Virus record (IMG/VR): IMGVR_UViG_3300050187_000003
Location: 75,576 to 139,575 of that record
Origin: a virus
Lineage: Duplodnaviria; Heunggongvirae; Uroviricota; Caudoviricetes
Reading direction: 5' to 3' (one strand)
DNA length: 64,000 nt
Position 1 is the stretch's first letter. Each line of letters opens with the position of its first letter. Below the pieces are notes generated by a model, which was given only the letters and a program-made list of their open reading frames with translations, was not told the origin of the DNA and did not search any database. Positions 56,717-64,000 of the stretch are shown here, piece by piece. Both the position numbers and the translations under genes were made by a program.

Positions 56717-57547
56717 TCACCACCACGCTGAGCGCCACGAGACGGTCAGCGTCGACGTGTTGTTGTATTCAGCCGCCGCGTAACGCACCTCGTGGGTGCC
56801 GGCGGGTAGGAGCGGCCAGTCGCCGGACGCCTGTCCACGCCGGGACGACACCCCGTTGAGGAGCACCGTCCGCGCTTTTGTGTCGATGTCCAGCCACTGT
56901 GTTGCGCCGAGCACAATGTCAACGGTCACCGTTTGCGGGGAGCCGCCAGATGAAACCAACGTGACTCGTGGTTGTGACACCGGCCCGTCGATTCGCAACT
57001 CCAGTCCGGTTTCTACCGTGCCCGCGTTCGTGATGTCGGCAAACCCCTGCGACCGGGTTGCCCCGATCGTGAACGGTGCTGTGACCGGAACCGTCAACCC
57101 GCCGGTGAACAGCGGCAGATTCAGCACCGCCTGCGACTCGGACCCGGCGTAGATCAGCGGGTCCAGGGCGACGAACCCGCAGCGGGTCACCGCATACCCG
57201 AACGCGATGTTCGTGGCGTCCGGCTCGACCAGCCGTGGCCGCCCGTACAGCAGATACTCGCCGCCGCCGATGTGGATGCGTAGTTCCACATCGGTCGACG
57301 ACGGGGCGAACGCCGCCGCCAACTGCTGGTGTGCCGTCAACCATCCGGCTGGGGTGCCGTCGGCGACTTCGACGCGCACCGGAATGGGCACCACCACCTC
57401 GTCGGCCCATTCGGCCCCGGACCACGAACCGTGTGCCCATGCCCGTGGCCCGCCCTGATCGGCGCGGACCCTACGGTTCCACGGGTTGACCTCGGCGAGG
57501 AGCACATAGTTGGTGCCGGGTCCCATCACCAGGTCCCGGATCTGCAT
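56717..57547 (-). CDS. distal tail (Dit-like) protein
   Basis: Directly after the tape measure gene; ITNAGTVETG, LDIDT..RTVLLNG. Confidence 0.8.
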   Translation of the reverse strand: MQIRDLVMGPGTNYVLLAEVNPWNRRVRADQGGPRAWAHGSWSGAEWADEVVVPIPVRVEVADGTPAGWLTAHQQLAAAFAPSSTDVELRIHIGGGEYLLYGRPRLVEPDATNIAFGYAVTRCGFVALDPLIYAGSESQAVLNLPLFTGGLTVPVTAPFTIGATRSQGFADITNAGTVETGLELRIDGPVSQPRVTLVSSGGSPQTVTVDIVLGATQWLDIDTKARTVLLNGVSSRRGQASGDWPLLPAGTHEVRYAAAEYNNTSTLTVSWRSAWW

Positions 57548-57569
57548 CTGCCCTTCGGTGATCGGAATG

Positions 57570-60500
57570 TCAGGACACCCCCTGCCAGGCCAGTTCGTCC
57601 TGCACCTGCCGCAGCGAAAACCGGTCGGAGAAGGCCCGCAGTTCGAGCCGTTCGATCGTCACCCCGCCGGATGGCTGTGACACCGCCGGCTGGGTGGCGA
57701 TGTGCCGAACCTGGATCGTCGGCTGCTCGGCGGCGGTACCCAACCCCATCCAGTCGATGGCCCTGCGTCCAGAACTGGTGATCGTCTCGTCGAGACGGTT
57801 GATGCGTTCCAGCAGCGGCAAACCCAACGCGCGGACCGCTTCGCCGCGCACCACGAACTCGTCGGGGGCGAGCAGCCGCGGTTCGGAGTCCACCCCGCGG
57901 GGTCCGGACCCGCCGACAAGCCCACCCTCGGACAGGCCCCGGTAGGTGGATCCGCGGATTCCGGTCACCGACGTGTACGGCTTCCCGAACGTCAGAAAGT
58001 TTTGCCGCACCGTTATCGAATAGGTGCCCTGCATGTTTTCCAACTCGCGGCGCAGTGTCCGTGCCTGCGACTGGGCGATCGGAAAGTTCTGCGACGTGAC
58101 CTTCACCGGCACATCGCCGGGAACCTTTCCGATTTCGAAGTTGAAATCCCGGACCTTCTGTTCCTCCGCCTTCGTGTTGGAGTCAATCTCCAGCGGCGGC
58201 ATCGCCGTGTACGTTCCAATCAGGGAAAGGATCGCCTCGTCGGTCAGATCGGCGGTGTCAAGCTCCCGCCGCAACGCGTCAATGTGGCTGTCGTACACAG
58301 CGGTTGCCGCCTCAACCGACCGGGTTTCGTCGTACTTGGCCTGCGCCGCGGCCGCCGCCGCCTCGGCTGCTTTCTGCACCGCAACCCGGTTGTCGACCGC
58401 GGCCCGCGAGTTGCCCTCAATCTTTTTGCCGTTGCGGTCGAACGCCTCCCCGACCCGTTCGATGGCGTCAATCGCGGCAAGCGCGGCCTGATCCGACGAC
58501 AGTTGCGCACCGTACAGTTCCTGCCACGCCTGCGTGTACCCGCCCGTGATGTCGATGGCGTCCTTCATCGTGCCGTTCAGCAACTGCTGCTCAGACGTCA
58601 GTCCACGGGCTCCCGCCCACGCATCCCGCAACGCCTGATTCGCCTCAGGCAGCAGCTTCGCGAACTCGTCAGCCGACAGGCCGGACCGCTGCAACTCCCG
58701 CGTGTACGCCGCCTGCGCGGCCGACACGTCATCAGTTGTTGCAGCGTAGTTCGCCAACTCCCGGTCCAGCGCGGCGATGTTCTCCCGTGCGCCACTGAAC
58801 GACTGGCCGTGGAAGAACTCCGACCACGCTCGAACAGCACCGCCCCAGATCGGGATGGACTCGTTGAACCGGTTGGTGGACTGCCACCAACCGTCACCCG
58901 CCGCCGCATAGATTTTGCGGGTCTCCTCAGCGTCCTCACCGAACTTGCGGACCAGCTCCCCGCTGCGCTGCCCAGTTTCGCCGAGTTCTTCCACCGCACG
59001 CGACAGCAGCCGCACGTTGAGTTCTGCCTCGGAGAACTGCCGCAAGGCCAACGCCGTGATCTGCAAGGCGACCAGCACCGCACCGGCAGCCCTGGCCGCG
59101 ACCACTACCCGGTCAAGGCCACGCGCCGCGGACACCCCGGCGGGACCAGCGTCCCGGAGTCTGTCACTGGCCCTACCGACTGCATCCGATAGCGAACCGG
59201 TCACGGAGGTAAGTCGGCCCCACAGGATCGCGAGGGCGACGCCCGCCAACACGGTCGACTGGATCGGATCCGGCAGGGCACCGAAGAGCTGCACGAGCCC
59301 CGCGACGATCTGTGCGCCCACCCCGACCGCGTCGAAGAACATGCGCACCGCGTCCTGCACCGCCGGGTCGGTCAGGGTTTCACCCAACACCGGCCCCAAC
59401 ACCCGGAGGACGTCGACGACCCCGGAGATCGCCTCACGGCCGGTCGCCACGATCTGCTCGACATCCGCCATCCGGTACGACTCATCGTTGAAGCGTTTCG
59501 CGGCGTCGGCCATGTCCCGCAGCAGCGTTGATCCCTCGCCGAGGCCGCCGAGCCGCGCCGCCAGCCGCACAATTTCCTTTGTCAGGTCGAGCAGGGCATC
59601 GGCCTGCTTCCCGGCATCGGCGAAGAACCGTCCCAGATCCCCCGACCGGGATGCGTCGTCAATGAAGCCGGTGAAGTCGTCAATCCACGACAGCATGCTG
59701 TCGCCGAACGCGTCAACGAACGGTGTCGACCCGCGGAACAGTTGCGCCAGCGCCTTCCCGGTGGCGGGGATACGGTCGTTGACGTTGTCGAAGAAACGAT
59801 CCGACGCCGCGAACGCGGCGTCCAGCCCGGACAGGAACTCCCGGTTGCGGCCCAACGCGGCAACCTGCCGGAACGTTTCGTTCCACGTGTCCCCGAACCG
59901 GATCACCTGCCGCCGGGCGAACGGGATGAGCACCTGCGCGGTGTCCCGCAACTCCCGGTCCATCCCGGCCAGCACCCGTGCCTGGGCGAGCCGCCGCAGG
60001 TCGGTCAACTCGCCGTACAGTGCGCCGACCTCACGGACCACACTCCGGGCTTGCGGCGCCAACCCGGCAAGTGCCTCGTTGAGGGCTTTCTGCTGGTCGG
60101 CGGTCAACTTTCCGTTGTCGGACAGCAGCCGCTGCGACTCCCACACGGCCTCAACGGCGTCGTCGAGGCCGTTGAACGCGACAGCCAGGGTTCCGATCGA
60201 CGCCGCCGACCCGGCCACCAACCCGGGTAGGGCGCCGATGGCGCCGCCCACAGCGGTGGCTGCCGCGCCCACCCCCTCAAGGGCGACCTCGGCGGCCGCA
60301 GCGGCGGCGGGAATCGCGAGCAACCCCACCGGCGCCTTCCACGGCAGCCCACGGCCGACCTCCCCAACCGCGGCCGACACCCCGCCCAGGAGACTGGTTC
60401 GGGATCGGCTGAGTCCGCGGCTGAACCCTTCCCCGAACCCTTCGCCGGCGTCCTGCCCGGAGCGAACGAATCGGACACGGGCATCGCGTAGTTTCCCGGC

Positions 60501-60689
60501 CGCATCCCGCAGCCCGGCGTCAACCTGCCCGCCGGTCTTACGGGCCGTGTCTCCAAGGTCGGCGACTTCCTTCTTCGCCTTCCGAGACTCGGCGCCGAGT
60601 TCCTTGACGTCCTTCGCCCCATCACGGACCGCACGAAACCGCGACATCTCAGCAACAAAATCGACAACCACCCGGCGACGCGACACCAC
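57570..60689 (-). CDS. tape measure protein
   Basis: 1039 aa, Ala/Gly-rich and helical, following the tail chaperones. Confidence 0.9.
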   Translation of the reverse strand: MVSRRRVVVDFVAEMSRFRAVRDGAKDVKELGAESRKAKKEVADLGDTARKTGGQVDAGLRDAAGKLRDARVRFVRSGQDAGEGFGEGFSRGLSRSRTSLLGGVSAAVGEVGRGLPWKAPVGLLAIPAAAAAAEVALEGVGAAATAVGGAIGALPGLVAGSAASIGTLAVAFNGLDDAVEAVWESQRLLSDNGKLTADQQKALNEALAGLAPQARSVVREVGALYGELTDLRRLAQARVLAGMDRELRDTAQVLIPFARRQVIRFGDTWNETFRQVAALGRNREFLSGLDAAFAASDRFFDNVNDRIPATGKALAQLFRGSTPFVDAFGDSMLSWIDDFTGFIDDASRSGDLGRFFADAGKQADALLDLTKEIVRLAARLGGLGEGSTLLRDMADAAKRFNDESYRMADVEQIVATGREAISGVVDVLRVLGPVLGETLTDPAVQDAVRMFFDAVGVGAQIVAGLVQLFGALPDPIQSTVLAGVALAILWGRLTSVTGSLSDAVGRASDRLRDAGPAGVSAARGLDRVVVAARAAGAVLVALQITALALRQFSEAELNVRLLSRAVEELGETGQRSGELVRKFGEDAEETRKIYAAAGDGWWQSTNRFNESIPIWGGAVRAWSEFFHGQSFSGARENIAALDRELANYAATTDDVSAAQAAYTRELQRSGLSADEFAKLLPEANQALRDAWAGARGLTSEQQLLNGTMKDAIDITGGYTQAWQELYGAQLSSDQAALAAIDAIERVGEAFDRNGKKIEGNSRAAVDNRVAVQKAAEAAAAAAQAKYDETRSVEAATAVYDSHIDALRRELDTADLTDEAILSLIGTYTAMPPLEIDSNTKAEEQKVRDFNFEIGKVPGDVPVKVTSQNFPIAQSQARTLRRELENMQGTYSITVRQNFLTFGKPYTSVTGIRGSTYRGLSEGGLVGGSGPRGVDSEPRLLAPDEFVVRGEAVRALGLPLLERINRLDETITSSGRRAIDWMGLGTAAEQPTIQVRHIATQPAVSQPSGGVTIERLELRAFSDRFSLRQVQDELAWQGVS

Positions 60690-60711
60690 CGGACACCACC
60701 CCCTGTCCGGG

Positions 60712-61158
60712 TCAACGGCGAGCCAACGGCTGTCCGCGGCGGCGCTTACGCACCTGCGGAATCAGCGCACGCCGCTCGTCCGGTTTCGCCGCGCCGATTC
60801 GGGCGGCGGTGCCGACGTGGCATTCGACCGGCAGGTCCGGCTGGTAGATCCACGTCGCATGCGGATTGTTCCGGTCGGCGTCCGGGGACTGGCAGTCGTC
60901 CGGGTTGCCGCCACACACCGGGCAGCGGCGCGACTCCCAGATCCGCAACGCCAGCATCCAACCGCGTTGCAGTTCATCCCACGCCGGCTCGGTGATCGTG
61001 GCCGATCGGATCAGACGGCCCTGGTCGTCGTGCTCGTGGACAGTTTCGGCTTGCGGGGTCCAGCCGTCGAACTCCCGCAAGGTGATACCGACGGTGCGCG
61101 CCGCCTCTACTCGGCCCCGCAGCTGCGGAGAATCCGAGAGGCGGCGTACGAGTTTGGG
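60712..61158 (-). CDS. tail assembly chaperone T segment, probably read by a -1 frameshift
   Basis: The -1 frame is open from the C-CCA-AAC heptamer (61158-61152): LVRRLSDSPQLRGRVEAARTVGITLREFDGW. Confidence 0.7.
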   Translation of the reverse strand, partial: PKLVRRLSDSPQLRGRVEAARTVGITLREFDGWTPQAETVHEHDDQGRLIRSATITEPAWDELQRGWMLALRIWESRRCPVCGGNPDDCQSPDADRNNPHATWIYQPDLPVECHVGTAARIGAAKPDERRALIPQVRKRRRGQPLARR

Positions 61159-61700
61159 ACGTCAACCTTGCGGATGTTCAGGTCGAGCACAGCCTGTTGC
61201 AGGTCGCTGTACTGGCGGGCCGACAGGATACCGTCTTCCGTCGCCTCACCGTCCTGTTCACGACGTGCCCGTTCGGCGACGTCGTCGCCGAACAGTCGCC
61301 GCCAGTCGTCGTCGTCCAGGTCGTCGGGGGCGACGACGCAGGCGCGGATCGCCGCGTCGAAAAACGTGTCGTCGTTGTAGCCCAGATGCCGGTCCGCGTC
61401 GGCCCCGTCGCGGGGCGGATGCTGCTCCAGCAGCCTGTTCCACACCCGTTTCGACACCGCCCGCAGTTCGAACACGAGCACATGGTCACGCATGCGTTCC
61501 CGCACCGCGGCGATCTGCTCGGCGAGCACCCGGGACTGTCCACCGCCGAGCCGTCTGTCTGTCGACTCGACGGCGACCGTTTGTTGCAGTTGCTGGTCCA
61601 GCGTCTCGAACTGGTCTTGCAGGTCGGTGTGGAGGCACACCTCAACCCGGCGGGTCGGCGCTTTCGCCGCGGCGATCTTCTGCTTCGCTGACAGTGGCAT
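61107..61700 (-). CDS. tail assembly chaperone (G)
   Basis: Between the major tail and tape measure genes; FELRAVSKRVWNRLLEQHPPR. Confidence 0.8.
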   Translation of the reverse strand: MPLSAKQKIAAAKAPTRRVEVCLHTDLQDQFETLDQQLQQTVAVESTDRRLGGGQSRVLAEQIAAVRERMRDHVLVFELRAVSKRVWNRLLEQHPPRDGADADRHLGYNDDTFFDAAIRACVVAPDDLDDDDWRRLFGDDVAERARREQDGEATEDGILSARQYSDLQQAVLDLNIRKVDVPNSYAASRILRSCGAE

Positions 61701-62203
61701 CAGCTGCCGCCCACCACCGCGTCGTCGATCGACTCTCCGGTGATGAACAGCTTCTGCGTCACCGTCAGAACCGAGTTGGCGGTCGGCTGGTTCTTCATCT
61801 GTTTGCCGCATTTGATCGGGTACACGTCGAGGAGATCGCCGTCTGCCCAGTCTGTTTCGTAGGGCGCCTGCCAGCGGGCGACGACGAACCCGACGGTCAG
61901 ATACGTCAGGGCCAGATAGGCGTCGTTGTCAGCCGGGGACAGCAGGTTGTACACGTACGACAGGGTCATGGTTTTCTGCCAACGGCCCGGCTGTTCGTAG
62001 GTGGCGCGCGAACACAGCCGGTCGTCGGTGATGACCTGTTCCTCCAACGCCGGCTGAAACCCTTCGGCGGTGATGTAGCAGGAAATGTCGACGGTGGTGA
62101 TGGCGTTGAGCTCCGTGAGCTGGGGAAACTGTGGGTCGGCGATCGTTGGTAGGTAGGCGACCCGTAGGTTGCCGTCGGCTGGCACACTGGCCGGCTGGGT
62201 CAC
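61700..62203 (-). CDS. major tail protein
   Basis: ADGNLRVAYLPTIADP..P..TEL....DISCYIT; typical actinophage tail tube protein. Confidence 0.85.
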   Translation of the reverse strand: MTQPASVPADGNLRVAYLPTIADPQFPQLTELNAITTVDISCYITAEGFQPALEEQVITDDRLCSRATYEQPGRWQKTMTLSYVYNLLSPADNDAYLALTYLTVGFVVARWQAPYETDWADGDLLDVYPIKCGKQMKNQPTANSVLTVTQKLFITGESIDDAVVGGS

Positions 62204-62484
62204 TGGTCATTCTCCTTGCTGACGGGGCGGCTGCGGCGCGGGTTCCCCGGCTTGTGGGTGACTACGGGTAGGGGGATGGGTTGTGACACTGGTGGGATGA
62301 GGTCGGCGAGCACGGCGGTGTGTTTCGGACGCCTGGGGTGAACGTTCGGCCCCTCGTTCGGGGGGTATCCGTGCACCACCTGCACGGCGCTGGCCGCGAC
62401 GAGGTGTGCGACCCGGCGGTGGTCGACGTCGTAGCGGTGCCCGGTGGCGGTGTCTTCCACCCAAATCCAGCGGTTGTAGGCCAT
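62200..62484 (-). CDS. small structural-region hypothetical protein
   Basis: WIWVEDTATGH.Y...P.PPK-like pattern; AAGGA RBS. Confidence 0.7.
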   Translation of the reverse strand: MAYNRWIWVEDTATGHRYDVDHRRVAHLVAASAVQVVHGYPPNEGPNVHPRRPKHTAVLADLIPPVSQPIPLPVVTHKPGNPRRSRPVSKENDQ

Positions 62485-62535
62485 GCGGCAGCGCACCGTC
62501 CTTCCCGGAAGGTGTCGAGGACTACGTGTGATCGG

Positions 62536-63216
62536 TCAGGTGTTGGCTTCGGCGAGCAGCGCCCGCATCTGCTTCGGGGTGCGGGCCTGCTGGTAGCGGC
62601 GTAGGAGCGACAGTGACTCCTGCGACCCCACATAGCTGGTTTGCCGGGGGGCGGGTTCGTGCCACAGATGCCACATGTCGGCGGTGCCGCGCCACGGCTT
62701 CCCGGCCAGCAACGTCAACGCGAGCGCGGTCGCTTCGTCTTCTTGACCCCAGCCGGCGAACCGTGAATCCATGGGCACGTCTTGTAGCGTGCCTGCGGGC
62801 AGCGCGAACATGCCGCCACCGGCGAACCCTGGGTAAGGCTTTCTGGCGAGTTCGCCGTGCAGGTCCCCGCCTGCCAGGACGCGGCGGGTCGCTTCTGCGG
62901 TGAGGCGACGGACATGGTGGTGAGGGATCGCCCATCCGGCGCCGTCGCACACACATTGCACGGCATTGGTGATGCCGTCTGTCCACACGTCGGCGTCCGC
63001 GACGACGAACACCTCACCTGATGCCCGGCTGGCGGCGTCCCGGACTGCGACACCTTTGCGCCATGGGCCGTCCGGGCAGTCGCCGACGACGATCTCCCAC
63101 CTTGGGTGGGTGGTGCGCCAGCGGTCCCGCATCCACCGCCACGCCTCGTCCCGGTGCGCGCCGTCGGATCGGTACGGCACCAGCACCGACACTGATGTTG
63201 TCAATGTCGGTGCCAC
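62536..63216 (-). CDS. GT-A (family 2-like) glycosyltransferase
   Basis: VLVPYR, VVADAD (DxD), GGGMF, GWGQED, HLWH. Confidence 0.85.
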   Translation of the reverse strand: MAPTLTTSVSVLVPYRSDGAHRDEAWRWMRDRWRTTHPRWEIVVGDCPDGPWRKGVAVRDAASRASGEVFVVADADVWTDGITNAVQCVCDGAGWAIPHHHVRRLTAEATRRVLAGGDLHGELARKPYPGFAGGGMFALPAGTLQDVPMDSRFAGWGQEDEATALALTLLAGKPWRGTADMWHLWHEPAPRQTSYVGSQESLSLLRRYQQARTPKQMRALLAEANT

Positions 63217-63989
63217 CGCAGGTAGGGTGCCGGGTCCTCGACCAGACCGGCGTCGAGTGGGGACAGGTACCAGAAGTGCTCACGGAACACTTCAGCGAGT
63301 GCCTCTTCGCCGTGGCGGTCGGCGATAGCGCCGTATGCCCGCCAGTGCGCGCCTTGGTCCGGGGGCAGGCTGGTGTGCGCGTAGGCACGAGCCCCGTTGA
63401 TGCTTTTGCGGACGAACTGCTCTGCGCTGCGGTACGGGAAGTGCCGCAGCTCCAACACGTCGGCGATCGGGGCGACCGGCCCCGGTAGCGTGACGCCGTG
63501 GTTACCTTGGTGGATGACCGCCCCGTCGCGCCACCGGAACGCGACCTTCGGTAGCGGCGCAGGGTTGGGCTGCCGCCACCGCATCGTCACGAACGGATCC
63601 GACCCGCCTGGGTCGATTGACGTGCAGAAATGGTTGATGAGTGTGGCAGTAACGACGTCACCGGAGGTGAGCGCCAGCACTTCACGGATGCGTCCGAGAC
63701 GGGAATACCATATTTCGTCAGCGTCGAACGGGACGATGAACTCGGCTCCGTTTCGGGCCGCTTGCTCAGCGAGCCGTGACATGCGGACGCTTTGGTGGTA
63801 CCCGATTTCAGGGTCGAAGATCACCGTGAGGGGAAGATCGCGTTTCAGGTCGTTCAGGATGTCGCTGGTGCCGTCGGTTGAACCGTTGTCAACGACCAGT
63901 AGGTGGTCGACCTCGTCCGCTGTATGCCGCAGCGTGCCAGCGATAACATCGGCTTCGTCTTTGACCGTCGATATTCCCCAGACACTCAT
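63201..63989 (-). CDS. GT-A glycosyltransferase, Glyco_tranf_2_4-like
   Basis: VKDEAD, VVDNGSTDGT, PFDADE, HQGNH, RHFPYRS. Confidence 0.88.
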   Translation of the reverse strand: MSVWGISTVKDEADVIAGTLRHTADEVDHLLVVDNGSTDGTSDILNDLKRDLPLTVIFDPEIGYHQSVRMSRLAEQAARNGAEFIVPFDADEIWYSRLGRIREVLALTSGDVVTATLINHFCTSIDPGGSDPFVTMRWRQPNPAPLPKVAFRWRDGAVIHQGNHGVTLPGPVAPIADVLELRHFPYRSAEQFVRKSINGARAYAHTSLPPDQGAHWRAYGAIADRHGEEALAEVFREHFWYLSPLDAGLVEDPAPYLRWHRH

Positions 63990-64000
63990 GTTGTGAACTC

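Larger units (their letters stand above)
1..64000. mobile_element. Large temperate actinophage-like prophage or composite element; both ends lie outside the window
   Basis: Tape measure, major tail, tail chaperones, Dit-like, minor tail, amidase endolysin and holin at 50-62 kb. Replication, methylase and many small middle genes lie upstream, and the two transcription arms converge near 49.8 kb. Confidence 0.85.

Noticed and set aside
57702-61380. Long plus-strand ORFs (496 aa and 821 aa)
   Set aside because: Antisense shadows of the tape measure and chaperone genes, expected in high-GC DNA; Ser/Arg/Ala-rich with no motifs.

Overview
High-GC actinobacterial DNA (Micromonosporaceae-like by gene content; this is inference). 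Nearly the whole window reads as part of one large temperate siphovirus-type prophage, or a phage-derived composite element. Layout: (i) 1-7.3 kb, small leftward early genes and a NUDT9-like Nudix hydrolase. (ii) 7.4-14 kb, accessory cargo: an XRE-HTH fused to a Nudix-like domain, a GalE-like epimerase, a Ro60/TROVE protein with two tandem Y RNAs (one a tRNA-mimicking YrlA), and a VapBC pair. (iii) 14-19 kb, a divergent regulator pair, a DUF3987 replication protein, a putative origin, and an unusual PLD-nuclease/DnaB-helicase fusion. (iv) 19-31 kb, many small rightward middle genes. (v) 31-42 kb, a truncated HTH replication initiator, a GntR regulator and an AICE-like Spd/TraB(FtsK) transfer module. 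(vi) 42-49.7 kb, a Dam methylase, a Dcm remnant and a tandem array of self-regulated cassettes built on a 150-bp repeat; one cassette encodes a stand-alone homologue of the type I-C Cas8c C-terminal domain (Cas11c), a candidate anti-CRISPR. (vii) 49.9-64 kb, leftward lysis and tail genes with two glycosyltransferases inside the structural operon. No integrase, terminase, capsid, CRISPR array or other cas gene is visible in the window. Several genes are one base out of frame, which may be sequencing error. All family assignments come from motifs recognised by eye; no database search was run.
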